IMG/VR virus record: IMGVR_UViG_3300030044_000012
Length of the DNA: 64,000 nucleotides
DNA from: an uncultured virus (IMG/VR IMGVR_UViG_3300030044_000012)
Taxonomy: Duplodnaviria > Heunggongvirae > Uroviricota > Caudoviricetes
Strand: one strand, 5' to 3'
Position numbers and translations under genes: made by a program. Below, one piece after another: positions 17,913 to 27,660 of this stretch (the first letter of the stretch is position 1; every line of letters starts with the position of its first letter). The notes beneath the pieces were generated by a model. It saw only the letters and a program-made list of their open reading frames with translations. It ran no database searches and was not told the origin of the DNA.

Positions 17913-18440
17913 TTACCACCTACGTTCCTTCCCTTTATTGTGCCAAAGACGGGCTGAGAAAATATCACAGCAATGACAGAACGCCGCAAGCGTTCCCATC
18001 TTCCGCTCTGTGCTGGAGTAGTCATGCTCCCCCTCAACGTAACATATAGCATTGCTCTGCTCATCGGTGAGCGCAATCTGGCTCTGCTGAATGAAGGTGT
18101 CACGAAACAGACGACGGGCTTCCTTGGTCGGCCAGACGCTAATGCCTTTGAATGGTTTTTCAATGTCGTGTAGAAACATCACCACAAGGGCGTCCTCCAA
18201 ACTAAAAGGGAAGGGTCGAGGGCTGGTTTCATACAACCAACACGCGATGTTCATTGTTTCTACGATATGGTCGAGGTACCCACCCTTCCACGCCTGATGG
18301 TTATGCGATGAACCGGCTGCATCCTTGCATATTTCAGATTCAAGGAACTCTTGCAGCTTACCCGAAACCTCAGGCATTCTATCCAACAGTTCATTCAAGT
18401 TACGGTATAAGGGTGTAGCCGCGTCAGCAATCTTATTCAA
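17913..18440 (-). CDS. HD-domain phosphohydrolase
   Basis: HNHQAWKGGYLDH...FLHDIEK...HCCDIFS; H...HD...D arrangement. Confidence 0.8.
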   Translation of the reverse strand: MNKIADAATPLYRNLNELLDRMPEVSGKLQEFLESEICKDAAGSSHNHQAWKGGYLDHIVETMNIACWLYETSPRPFPFSLEDALVVMFLHDIEKPFKGISVWPTKEARRLFRDTFIQQSQIALTDEQSNAICYVEGEHDYSSTERKMGTLAAFCHCCDIFSARLWHNKGKERRW

Positions 18441-18856
18441 AAGCAGCCTCCCGGATCATTGACACAATGCCGTCCATTAGATAAAGCACGACGCTCAAGC
18501 TCATCGAAGAAAGCAATCAAGGTGAGATATTCTTCGGTTGTCAACGGTTCACCTCGACAGATTTTACTTGTATTCCGAAGTACATCTTTCCAGTGTTCCT
18601 CGTATGACCAATGCTGCACAAAGTCGTATAGTTCAGCCCCAACGAAATCCCAATCGAACCCATCTTTTATCGTATTGGGATGCAAACACCGTGCAAATGT
18701 GGTCATGATGATGGAGAACTCATTCCTCATCTCCATAGTGACTGGGAACAACTTCAGTTGTGGCTCATCCTTCGGCTCGACTACCTCAATGAGAGCATCG
18801 GTAAGGCTACGAATCTTTAAAGCAAGCCCCAACCATGGATACCCGCGACCAAACAT
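18437..18856 (-). CDS. Hypothetical protein
   Basis: Coupled at both ends. Confidence 0.65.
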   Translation of the reverse strand: MFGRGYPWLGLALKIRSLTDALIEVVEPKDEPQLKLFPVTMEMRNEFSIIMTTFARCLHPNTIKDGFDWDFVGAELYDFVQHWSYEEHWKDVLRNTSKICRGEPLTTEEYLTLIAFFDELERRALSNGRHCVNDPGGCF

Positions 18857-20310
18857 TAGAGTTCATCCTCATCCAAGAGCATCAACCTCTTACGTGGATT
18901 TGTCGGGGCCGGGTTTGCAAGCGGGTCAGGATCATTGAGGAAACCCTCAATATCTTCCACAAGCTTGCTAGTCAATACCTTACCTGTGATTGGTTTAAAA
19001 TTTGCAGTCTTCAACTCACCGAGACTTGCCTCTTCCATCAACTTGGTTGCCTCCTGCATTGAGTGAGGAGGGCTATCCTGAACATCTTCAATGATGATTG
19101 ACTTGGTCGGCTTAAGAAGCTGGTCGGCAAAATCACTGAAGCTCCACGTCGTATTAAGCAATGCTGCTGTTTTCTGACGATCAGCTTCAGCTTTGGCCTG
19201 ATGAGCCTCCTCTGCCTCAGCCCTAGTCTCCTCATTCATCTTACGGGCAATCTCCCCAATGGCAGCTAATCCTTCAGCATCAGGCGTTATCTCAACCCAG
19301 TCAACATCAGCCTCAACTATTACCGACTCAGTTGGCTCAGAAGGGATGTCGTAGTCAAGGCCAGCAACATCCAGCTTTGGCATCTTGATAGGACGCGACG
19401 GTTGAACAGCCTCCGGCTGTTCATAGTCGAAAGCAACTTCATCAGGAGGGAGAGACCCACCTACTACAGGTCGTATCTCGCCATCGTCATCAATGAACGT
19501 TACAGGCTGAGGGTCGCCATGTTTAACGAACGTTCCCTTGATTTCTTGAGGCCGTTTAATGCTTGCTCCAAAACGAACCTCTTTACTGTGAAGGCTGACA
19601 AAGCTGGGGATTTCTCCATCGTCCCCTTCTACTGGAGCCTTCAGCAACAAACTGGGCTCATCATCCAACCCAATAGCCCCATTAGACTGCGGTGAGTTCC
19701 ACAGTAACCCTACTTGATCTTTACCCAATGCATACGCCTCAGCAGCCGATACTTTGCTCAACTTGATTTCGGCTTCAAGCAGTTTAAGCTCACAAAGCAT
19801 TGATACAGCGGCATTGTCGAGATTATCCATCACACGAGAGTATTCACCAGCGGCGATAGCTTCAATCCCCTTTGGAGTCATTTTCATGTTGGGGACGTTT
19901 GCTGTATGGATGGCAACAGGAAATCCCAAAGCGAAGTAGGCTACAAACTGAGACTGTTGATTCTTCATCACAGTTACAGCAGCCATCAACCGTGATTTGA
20001 TCTTTATCAGCTTACGAGCTACACGATCATGCGTTGCGTTAATTTCCTCCAACGCATGGAGAAGCTGCCGTTGATACACCGACTCGGTACCGGCAGGGAC
20101 ATCTGTTTGCAACTCAAGAGTGGGGAGGTTCTTCACCTCATCTTGAATGCGGAGCATAGCGGTGTCCCAATCAATAAGCTCTCCATCAGAATCGCGGGAT
20201 AGTTTATCCCTTAACTCAAACACAAACTTTAAAAAAGGAGAACCGCCGAGGATATTCTCTGCGGTGAATAGGTTCAAAATATCATCCCTGCTGTTGTTCT
20301 GGTCCGTCAT
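18856..20310 (-). CDS. Hypothetical protein: helical N-terminal half, acidic low-complexity C-terminal half
   Basis: 484-aa ORF. Confidence 0.8.
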   Translation of the reverse strand: MTDQNNSRDDILNLFTAENILGGSPFLKFVFELRDKLSRDSDGELIDWDTAMLRIQDEVKNLPTLELQTDVPAGTESVYQRQLLHALEEINATHDRVARKLIKIKSRLMAAVTVMKNQQSQFVAYFALGFPVAIHTANVPNMKMTPKGIEAIAAGEYSRVMDNLDNAAVSMLCELKLLEAEIKLSKVSAAEAYALGKDQVGLLWNSPQSNGAIGLDDEPSLLLKAPVEGDDGEIPSFVSLHSKEVRFGASIKRPQEIKGTFVKHGDPQPVTFIDDDGEIRPVVGGSLPPDEVAFDYEQPEAVQPSRPIKMPKLDVAGLDYDIPSEPTESVIVEADVDWVEITPDAEGLAAIGEIARKMNEETRAEAEEAHQAKAEADRQKTAALLNTTWSFSDFADQLLKPTKSIIIEDVQDSPPHSMQEATKLMEEASLGELKTANFKPITGKVLTSKLVEDIEGFLNDPDPLANPAPTNPRKRLMLLDEDEL

Positions 20311-20638
20311 GATTTTTCAAATATCTCCGAGTGCTCTCGATACGAGAGGTTACTTTTGCCAGTGTTTCTGAAAATTCGACGGCGGTAATTTTTCCAGTAG
20401 CATAGCGGCTACCAAATAGAGTACGCCACGCGGCAAAATACATATCCAAGCCATCGGCTACAACGTCGATGAGTTGGTCAAAGGGTAGACCCGGTTCGGA
20501 GTAGCGGCCTTGCATATTCATAAAGCAGGATTCGCCCTTACCATAGTCCTTGTCGCCCATATCCACACTGACGGTTACACCACTGATGATCGGCTTCATA
20601 TCCTTCAATACTCTTTCGGTACCGCAACTCGTTGACAA
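20282..20638 (-). CDS. Hypothetical protein
   Basis: ORF track; start uncertain. Confidence 0.6.
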   Translation of the reverse strand: MSTSCGTERVLKDMKPIISGVTVSVDMGDKDYGKGESCFMNMQGRYSEPGLPFDQLIDVVADGLDMYFAAWRTLFGSRYATGKITAVEFSETLAKVTSRIESTRRYLKNHDGPEQQQG

Positions 20639-20910
20639 TCTTTGCCGCAGGTACGACAGATGTGAAGGACAGTTTCACTCATGTACGTTTGCAAAACCCG
20701 TTGCTCAACGAAAGCGCCACAACAGGATGACACTCCGCCGACAACCGGATCACCAACTAGCTGACGCCACTTAGTCTCCTGCTCCGGGGTGAGGTGCTGA
20801 CAGCACCATTCACAGTGAGGGTCTTTATCCATGCCTTCACACCCGCACGGGATGGAGTCGCTGCACTTGCAGTATTCGTCGCAGTTGCATTCAGTGTCTT
20901 TTAAGGCCAT
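20605..20910 (-). CDS. Cys-rich (probable zinc-binding) protein
   Basis: Start MALKDTECNCDEYCKC at 20910; HCEWCC, SCC, ICRTC. Confidence 0.6.
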   Translation of the reverse strand: MALKDTECNCDEYCKCSDSIPCGCEGMDKDPHCEWCCQHLTPEQETKWRQLVGDPVVGGVSSCCGAFVEQRVLQTYMSETVLHICRTCGKDCQRVAVPKEY

Positions 20911-21095
20911 TACCAACCCCACTTGAACAAAGCGGCACCACAGAAGAACCCCCAAGACATCATCCAGACTTCGCTGAGAGTGACAGAAGTCTTCGCCTTG
21001 AATACCTTGGTAGCAATCAGGTGGTAGGCTAGAAAGCCAAGGTTGATACCAAGGATTTTGAAAATCACGGCTGACCAACTTACATCATGAACCAT
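20910..21095 (-). CDS. Small membrane protein
   Basis: Two hydrophobic stretches; follows the helicase stop. Confidence 0.55.
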   Translation of the reverse strand: MVHDVSWSAVIFKILGINLGFLAYHLIATKVFKAKTSVTLSEVWMMSWGFFCGAALFKWGW

Positions 21096-21096
21096 A

Positions 21097-24000
21097 CTAT
21101 AGCTCCTCAAGAGAGCCCCATTTGGAGGTTGTATCCAAGGGCTCGTCCTTCTTTTTAGTACCCGCTTTCTTTCCTTTTTGAAAGATCATTTGATAGTCTT
21201 TGTTGCCACGGGCCTTCTCAATCTGGCTACCTTCTAGGAAGGTCTTAACTCCAATGGACTTCACATGAGCCTTGAGCAGAGATATGTACTCCTCATCCGA
21301 GTTGCCAGCCTCCATACCAGAGTCAAGGTCAAGAAAAGCGTTGTCATCAAGGATACCAGCACTGTGGCTTTCCCCGAGGATTTTTTCAAAAACACCCTTT
21401 TTACCTTTGAGAGTTTCGATAGCATACTCATCGACCGTACCCTTCGCCACAAGAATGTGTAGAGTACAGGCGGAGTGAGGGGAGGCCATACGAACCATAC
21501 GACCCACAAGCTGAATAAGGTCACCCCACGACCATGGCAAATCAAGGCAGACTAAATGAGCGGCCTGTTGAAGGTTGATGCCTTCGATGCCAGCGGCGTT
21601 AATAACAATTAGGCTATGGTCGGGGCTTCCTTGAAACAGCCGTTTATTGTCATTCCGCTGCTTCTCATTCTCATTGCCGGTGATGCGGAGAAACTTACGG
21701 TTGGTGAAGTGCCCATCTTTGGTTAACTTCTCCAGCCGGTCGATCCACATTTTATACTTTGTGAAAACGATGACCTTTTCACCTGCGAGGTCACCATCCA
21801 GCATGTCCAGCAATGCCTCTTCCTTGGGGCTCAGCTTGGTCGTGTAGAAGTCCTTGAGATTGGCGGGGTCTAGGAGGCCCGGATGGTTCGCGACAAGCTG
21901 CTGTACGCTCAACTGGGTCATCATGTTGGTTACATCACGTTCGCACTCGTGAAGGTCACCAGAAGCATCCTTAATGAGCGCCGGGGGCAGGATAAACACC
22001 CCATTCTTGATGTCCTCAAGAAGATCAATCTGCTGGTCGGTAAGGTCGAGTGGGTGGTATACAGTCGAGAGACGGGGCAGGGGCTCCTTCACCTGACGCT
22101 GGCTACGGCCAAGAAAGAAGGGACGAATACCCGCCTTGAACTTGGGGATGTTCTGATAGCCGACGAGCACCATCTTCTTACGGCCAGCCCCGATGTACTG
22201 AGGACGCATAATGCAAAACTCTTCCACAAACTCAGGCATCAAACCAAAGGGGCAAATGCCAAGAGCCGTTGCGACAGCATAGAATTCGTTGAGGGAATTC
22301 TTCATGACTGTAGCCGTCAACCCCCACACCCTGTCAGCCTGACGAGATATGCTGAAAACAAGATTACGGATGGCGGTTCCTGTGCCTTTGAACTTGTGGC
22401 ACTCATCAAAGACAAGGATCAACCGTTCCTTATTCTTCTTGAATATATTAGTAAAGAATCTTACATCCTGACTTTCAAGTTCCTTCCCATTCTTAACCGG
22501 GTTGCCTTCAGAATCAAACTGCCCCTTAACTTTCTTACGGGTGCCTTTGATGGAATCATACTTAACAATCATCACGTCCTTCTTGTCCCCGCTGAAGAAA
22601 CGTTCCATCTGAGCGTACCGGGCCTCGGATGATCCCAGCCCTTGGTATTTATCCTTCATGACGAACGGGCGTAGATGACTGAAACGTAGGAACTCGTCTC
22701 TCCACTGGTACGTGTTATGTGTGACGATGTGCCCGTCAGTTACGTACAGCCCGCGTTTTGCTGATGTGCTAATGCATTGAACGGTCTTCCTGCCGAGTAG
22801 CTCCACACTCTTTATAGAGCGGCACAGTTTGGGTAGGCTCCACTTGCTGGCCTTACGTGTAAGGTAGAAAGGGTTGAAAGGAGTTTGAATGGTCACAACC
22901 CATTTCGGGTAAGCACTTAAAATGAGTTGGGGTTTGCCTCTAACTTCAGTTTTGCTTACTTTGGGGGTCTGAGGAGTTGGTTGTATAGCTACAATCCCAC
23001 CTAGTGAGCGTGCAAGGGAAACTACATCATCCCTAAGCCCCACTGAAGTGGTATGAAAAGTACATTGCCCTGAATCGCTGCACGACCCATCCGAATCCAT
23101 TAAACCCCTGAGTAGTCCAATTCGATTCTCCACCGAGCTTCTAAGGTAACTTTCAGGTATGCGCTTATTTGGAGATTTATGCCCGAAGACGCCAATCTCT
23201 TTTAGAGAGTCCATGAAACCATTCATCCCCCCACAGTTGGATTGAACGATAGCGTACTGGCCTGAACCTCGCTCGGTTATGTAGTAAGGAGAGGGTAGTT
23301 CATCGGCTACCCGCGTTGGAATTTCCCTGTCTTCTGAGTAGAATATCGCTCCGTGGCGTAATGACCCATCTCCCAAAAGAATACCCAATGTATAGGCCGG
23401 AACGGGGGTATTTCCAATACTTGAAAATTCAACCGGAGAGGTAATCGGTAACCTGTAGCTATAAGCCGGAGCAGCTTTACCATACTTATAGGTGACGCCG
23501 TGCTTCAGTATCTCTTTCAGGCTTATCGTCTTAAATCTACCCGACCTCCTCAGATGGAGGGTCTGAACTTCCCAGAGGTGATCGGCGCAGCATTCCGTGG
23601 ACTCACCATCAGTGGTCGTGACACGGTACACATCTTTCTCGCCTTGAGGATGGACTCCCAAGACATGGGAAATACCTCCATCTGGGTCTACTAGGCGAGA
23701 GCCCACCGCCATGTCTCCCATGGACTTCCATCCTTCAGGGGTCAATATCTTAGCGTCCAAAGGCTGTGCTGTACTCTTGGTCGTAACGATAACTACCTTA
23801 TAGTCGGGCTTACGTTGCTTTAGCCACGCGGCGGCGGCAATACAGTCTAAACTTTTACCAAGTCCAACAGCATCCCCATTGATGAATTTATTCATCCGGG
23901 TTAGATGGTGAATCATTTGTAACTGGTATTGACGTAAATCAAGTGGGACGCCTGAGTCACAGTCGTTGTCGATGTCCCAAATTGTCTTGCGAAGGAGGTC

Positions 24001-24159
24001 AGGCCATTTAAAGGGGATGGGGTTGTGGATCACCCCAGCGTCATCCCGCTGAATGTCCCACTTACGAACTGCAAAAAGCCTCTCCAGTGTCTCCGGGTTA
24101 AGTCCCTTCAAAGTAGTGTAAGTAGTTATAAGGGGACACTGGACGGGCTCTTCGCTCAT
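21097..24159 (-). CDS. SNF2-family (SF2) helicase/ATPase containing an intein
   Basis: LRQYQ, GDAVGLGKS (motif I), FDECH (II), GLTAT (III), KVIVFT, GIEGINLQ (V), QLVGRMVR (VI). Confidence 0.93.
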   Translation of the reverse strand: MSEEPVQCPLITTYTTLKGLNPETLERLFAVRKWDIQRDDAGVIHNPIPFKWPDLLRKTIWDIDNDCDSGVPLDLRQYQLQMIHHLTRMNKFINGDAVGLGKSLDCIAAAAWLKQRKPDYKVVIVTTKSTAQPLDAKILTPEGWKSMGDMAVGSRLVDPDGGISHVLGVHPQGEKDVYRVTTTDGESTECCADHLWEVQTLHLRRSGRFKTISLKEILKHGVTYKYGKAAPAYSYRLPITSPVEFSSIGNTPVPAYTLGILLGDGSLRHGAIFYSEDREIPTRVADELPSPYYITERGSGQYAIVQSNCGGMNGFMDSLKEIGVFGHKSPNKRIPESYLRSSVENRIGLLRGLMDSDGSCSDSGQCTFHTTSVGLRDDVVSLARSLGGIVAIQPTPQTPKVSKTEVRGKPQLILSAYPKWVVTIQTPFNPFYLTRKASKWSLPKLCRSIKSVELLGRKTVQCISTSAKRGLYVTDGHIVTHNTYQWRDEFLRFSHLRPFVMKDKYQGLGSSEARYAQMERFFSGDKKDVMIVKYDSIKGTRKKVKGQFDSEGNPVKNGKELESQDVRFFTNIFKKNKERLILVFDECHKFKGTGTAIRNLVFSISRQADRVWGLTATVMKNSLNEFYAVATALGICPFGLMPEFVEEFCIMRPQYIGAGRKKMVLVGYQNIPKFKAGIRPFFLGRSQRQVKEPLPRLSTVYHPLDLTDQQIDLLEDIKNGVFILPPALIKDASGDLHECERDVTNMMTQLSVQQLVANHPGLLDPANLKDFYTTKLSPKEEALLDMLDGDLAGEKVIVFTKYKMWIDRLEKLTKDGHFTNRKFLRITGNENEKQRNDNKRLFQGSPDHSLIVINAAGIEGINLQQAAHLVCLDLPWSWGDLIQLVGRMVRMASPHSACTLHILVAKGTVDEYAIETLKGKKGVFEKILGESHSAGILDDNAFLDLDSGMEAGNSDEEYISLLKAHVKSIGVKTFLEGSQIEKARGNKDYQMIFQKGKKAGTKKKDEPLDTTSKWGSLEEL
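22714..23769 (-). mobile_element. Class 3 intein (352 aa) with LAGLIDADG homing endonuclease
   Basis: Begins AQPLDAKILTPEGW (Ala1); block B CCADHLW; LAGLIDADG motifs LGILLGDGS and LRGLMDSDGS; block F VQCIS; ends VTHN followed by Thr+1. Removal restores motif Ia VTTKST/TYQWRDE. Confidence 0.93.
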
Positions 24160-24293
24160 TTACTCTAATACTTCATTATCATTAACCTCAATGATGGTGA
24201 TGTCACCCTCGTCAAACATGTTATTCAACATATCGGGCCAACTTTCAGGCTCTTGGTCGATGTCAACAAGTTCACTGTCCAGCGAATGGGTAT

Positions 24294-24713
24294 TCATCTA
24301 GCACCACCAATTCTCTGCACTGTGACAAGCTCTTCGTCCAACCTAGCGATTTCCTCTTCAAAGGCAATCGGCACCAGTCTTTCTATGATTGACTGAAATA
24401 ACTTAGTATTCCCCGTATCCCATTCCTCAGAAAGGTTTTTAATCGCCTCATCTAACTCGGCTAACCCTTCTTTAGTGGCATGTTGAGAAATTTGATAAAC
24501 CACACTGCGTTCACGGAACTCCTTGAGTTCCGCCTCGGTAGGCGGGGCGACAGGTTCAGGCTCAGCACCGGGAGCTACAACCACGATGCTACGCATGTTG
24601 GAGGATGAGTATACGGTAAGAGGGAGTGTAGACTCCTCCGGCTTGTCTGAGAAGTCTAACCCCACTATTGGGTGGTCAAGGTATAGTTGCTTGGCTTTTT
24701 CACTGAGTTCCAT
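24294..24713 (-). CDS. Hypothetical protein
   Basis: SD GGAGG; ORF track. Confidence 0.7.
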   Translation of the reverse strand: MELSEKAKQLYLDHPIVGLDFSDKPEESTLPLTVYSSSNMRSIVVVAPGAEPEPVAPPTEAELKEFRERSVVYQISQHATKEGLAELDEAIKNLSEEWDTGNTKLFQSIIERLVPIAFEEEIARLDEELVTVQRIGGAR

Positions 24714-24714
24714 A

Positions 24715-25299
24715 CTATTCCTCCTCCTCCGGCGTGCGGTTGACCTTATTCATTTCCCTACGGAATTCCTTCTTAATCAGAGACTTTACAGCCTCCCGTT
24801 GAGAATCATTGGAGATAGCAGCTTCGAGTACAGTGAGTACCCGACCTTCTACACTCTTCAAATACTGAAGTGAGCCCTTATCGGCGGCTTGTTTATTCGC
24901 ATCAGCCGTTCGTGCTGTGCGACTTTTTTCCAAATTCTGTAACACCATATCCTCCATCTCTTTGACTGTGGGGTCGAAGAACTCTTCTTCTGGTTCGTCT
25001 TCTTCTGAGGGTTCGAAGGACACTTCCAAGGGTGGTTCTGGTACATACGCACCGTCATCATCAAGAACTATCTCAAGAAGCTGTTCAATGGGGTTTAATG
25101 CTTCGGGCTGAACCATCTCAGTCACAGGTTCAAGAAGTTCAATGAAAACATCGTTTTCTAGTTCTTCCAGAAAAGAGTGTCTATTTTGAATTTGAAGGGG
25201 GACGGAAATGTTTTTAGCAATGACTCTAAAGATGGTGGTGGGCGCTTCTTCTGGAAGCGTAAATACGTCTTCTAAAGACACAAATCCTGTATCACTCAT
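24715..25299 (-). CDS. Acidic hypothetical protein
   Basis: Start MSDTGF with SD GAGGA. Confidence 0.7.
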   Translation of the reverse strand: MSDTGFVSLEDVFTLPEEAPTTIFRVIAKNISVPLQIQNRHSFLEELENDVFIELLEPVTEMVQPEALNPIEQLLEIVLDDDGAYVPEPPLEVSFEPSEEDEPEEEFFDPTVKEMEDMVLQNLEKSRTARTADANKQAADKGSLQYLKSVEGRVLTVLEAAISNDSQREAVKSLIKKEFRREMNKVNRTPEEEE

Positions 25300-25401
25300 A
25301 CTATCCTCTTTTACTAGCACCAAAGGTGCTTTGTTAACTAGGAGCAGTTACGAATGCCCCACTGTAAAGAGTGTATGATATTGGCAAACTTATGGTTTTG
25401 A

Positions 25402-25710
25402 TTATCGCCCGTCTGAAAGTTGCTTTGGAGCATAGCGAATTCGAGTGACAATATCTAGCATCCAGTCGGTAGGTTGCACAAGAAATTCCATGGAAAGATT
25501 AAGGCAGTAGAAGAGAATCGGACCGAGGCCAGCCGGGGTTTGATATGCCCACTCAAAGAATACCGCAGGAGCAATGTCTATTTGGAGGTCGGACATGTAG
25601 AAGACTTGCGGTTCAATATTCGTCCACTTGCAACTGGAAAAAGTGGTGTGGATAAGTTCGCTAGTCCCTACCTGCTCGATGCTGGTGGGAAAAATGAGTC
25701 TATCTTCCAT
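25402..25710 (-). CDS. Hypothetical protein
   Basis: SD GGGAG; ORF track. Confidence 0.6.
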   Translation of the reverse strand: MEDRLIFPTSIEQVGTSELIHTTFSSCKWTNIEPQVFYMSDLQIDIAPAVFFEWAYQTPAGLGPILFYCLNLSMEFLVQPTDWMLDIVTRIRYAPKQLSDGR

Positions 25711-25750
25711 CAGAGGTCTCCCCTATTAAAGAGACCACGTAATCACATTA

Positions 25751-25960
25751 CTATTCGTCCTCGTCTTCAAACGCCTCAGGGTGGCGCTCTTCGTAGTCGA
25801 AGTCTTCCTCGTACTCATCGTCACGGCTGCGTTTGCGGCGACGACGGCCTTCTACGACATGGCCGTTCTCATCAACGTCAAGTTCCCTCAACGTCTCTTC
25901 GTCATCCTCTTCATCTCGGTCGAGGTCGTCATCAAAATCTTCGTCGTCGTATATGCCCAT
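25751..25960 (-). CDS. Very acidic small protein
   Basis: About half Asp/Glu with one Arg run; SD AGGAGG. Confidence 0.65.
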   Translation of the reverse strand: MGIYDDEDFDDDLDRDEEDDEETLRELDVDENGHVVEGRRRRKRSRDDEYEEDFDYEERHPEAFEDEDE

Positions 25961-25992
25961 AGTGGTAACCTCCTAGCTTCTGCTATAAGAAG

Positions 25993-26238
25993 TCATAGTT
26001 GAAAACTAGGAATGCTGCCAATCATTTCGAGTAGCTGGGCTATAGATGAGGGTTTCCATTTCCTACGTCGGTCAGAACGAGACTCCAGTGCGAAGCTGTC
26101 ATCAATAGAAAATCTCCCCAAGATCGGGTCTTCGATGACAATCTCCCAATCACCTGTTGGTGACCCGGAAACCATCTTCCTTCTAACCTTCAAGCTGTCG
26201 ATTTCGATTTCGTTAACTCGCAAGTATAGTGTAGCCAT
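25993..26238 (-). CDS. Hypothetical protein
   Basis: ORF track; SD GAGGG. Confidence 0.6.
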   Translation of the reverse strand: MATLYLRVNEIEIDSLKVRRKMVSGSPTGDWEIVIEDPILGRFSIDDSFALESRSDRRRKWKPSSIAQLLEMIGSIPSFQL

Positions 26239-26262
26239 GTATCATCCCTCTACAAAAGATAC

Positions 26263-26784
26263 TCACAAGCGAACAAATTCAGCGGTTACTTTTAGTTTTT
26301 CTTTAAGCACTGGGAGATGAGAGTTGAACCAGCGACTCGTCTTGCCGGGTACCTTATCAGCCTCTGCCTTGAGGTCGAATAGGGACTTAGGTAGCCAGTC
26401 GGAAGCTGTAGCTTTTTTATGGTCGTTGATGGTTTTCAGGGCCTGTCGCTTCAGCTTACGCCACTCCCGGCGACGGTAGGCTACATCTCCAATAGCGTTG
26501 AAGACCTTCACATCACTCTTAACACCGTCATCGAAGGCACCTAAGAGTGTCCTAGCTGCAACAAGGCGAGTGTGTACTTCCGAGTTCCATTTCTGGAAAA
26601 CAGGGAAGCAACACTCGCCAGACGGAACAGAGCGGCCTTGTGGTGGGCACAAGGTGTAGACGTTGCGGATTTCACGTCCGCATAGGGCGCACTTCGCAAT
26701 GGTAGCCGACCGATAAAACTGGCCTCTAAAAGAGAAGCTTGCAGGGTCGCCGAACCGCTCCGATAACACACGTCTACTAACCAT
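26263..26784 (-). CDS. Zinc-finger-containing hypothetical protein (predicted leaderless)
   Basis: CALCG...GECC; ATG 6 nt after TATACT. Confidence 0.65.
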   Translation of the reverse strand: MVSRRVLSERFGDPASFSFRGQFYRSATIAKCALCGREIRNVYTLCPPQGRSVPSGECCFPVFQKWNSEVHTRLVAARTLLGAFDDGVKSDVKVFNAIGDVAYRRREWRKLKRQALKTINDHKKATASDWLPKSLFDLKAEADKVPGKTSRWFNSHLPVLKEKLKVTAEFVRL

Positions 26785-26790
26785 ACCTGT

Positions 26791-26825
26791 AGTATACAAA
26801 ACAGGAATAGCTTTCGGCTAGTTTA
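26791..26825 (-). promoter_or_regulatory. Class A promoter (TAGCCG-N18-TATACT)
   Basis: 18-nt spacer, ATG 6 nt downstream. Confidence 0.65.
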
Positions 26826-27071
26826 TTTGCTGGTTGAGGGGGTGCTCTTAAACAACGAAGCACAGATGAACAGCAAAGCCCATGTCTGCCAGAAACCAAG
26901 TTTCGCCACCCCGAACAGAGCAATCAGCACTGAAGGGAGGAAAAGCCAGTTGATGAGCGCCATAACAGGCCACGTAATCAGGATCGTAATAAAGGCCACC
27001 ACAAGGATGGCAAGCACTGCGATACCCACAACACCCGGTAAACTACCCGGTTTATAGTCATCTAAACTCAT
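26823..27071 (-). CDS. Small two-TM membrane protein
   Basis: Highly hydrophobic 82 aa; SD GAGGTG. Confidence 0.7.
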   Translation of the reverse strand: MSLDDYKPGSLPGVVGIAVLAILVVAFITILITWPVMALINWLFLPSVLIALFGVAKLGFWQTWALLFICASLFKSTPSTSK

Positions 27072-27113
27072 AAAACACCTCTGCCCCCTTAATACTCGGA
27101 ACAGAGGTGTTTT
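27072..27113 (-). promoter_or_regulatory. 12-bp hairpin that sequesters the SD and holds an AGTATTA motif in its loop
   Basis: AAAACACCTCTG-N18-CAGAGGTGTTTT directly followed by ATG 27071. Confidence 0.6.
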
Positions 27114-27279
27114 TTACATCCTTCCCATCAATAAATCGGACGCGGTCTTGACTGCTTCTCGGAATCCATACACAGTAACGGTGACTTTGCCGAACTTTAC
27201 ATCCCACACGTGGTACGCCCGGTCCCACCCCGGCTTGCGAGCCATGTAGTCTCTTAGTTCAGGCTTGACTATCCGGGGT

Positions 27280-27660
27280 CTACCAGTCTTCCTCATCGTA
27301 GTCATCATCGGCCTCTCCATCTTCCGTTTCATCGAGGGGTTCTGCTCCCATCAACTGCATAGAGCTAATGACAATACCATGGTGCTTAGTGAACTCCATG
27401 ATATTACCAAATACCTTCTCTCTGTCTGTAGCTAACCGAGGGACAGAATCGTCGCGAGAGACCTTACACTGATTAGCCCACATAATGGCTCTACCGGCAC
27501 ACTCCGGGGCGTCTGGCCGTGTCATAGTGATGTGGCAGGGAAAGTGCCCCTCGTGGGCAGCGTTTACAGCGAAGTGCTGCGGTTGGTTGGAACCCAGCCA
27601 ACCCGAAGGAGCGATACGACGGAAGGGGCATTCCTTGCAAGGCTGTGTATGCTGTTTCAT
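27280..27660 (-). CDS. Cys/His metal-binding phage protein (DUF6283-like)
   Basis: PCKECPFR...FPCH...ECAG pattern; acidic tail. Confidence 0.6.
   Translation of the reverse strand: MKQHTQPCKECPFRRIAPSGWLGSNQPQHFAVNAAHEGHFPCHITMTRPDAPECAGRAIMWANQCKVSRDDSVPRLATDREKVFGNIMEFTKHHGIVISSMQLMGAEPLDETEDGEADDDYDEEDW

Noticed and set aside
25310..25362. preQ1-I riboswitch-like hairpin (GGGGCA-UUCGUAAC-UGCUCC-UAGUUAACAAAG) upstream of the 24715-25299 gene
   Set aside because: The closing pair, loop length and 3' A-tract deviate from the preQ1-I consensus, and the downstream gene has no queuosine link. An Rfam scan would settle it.
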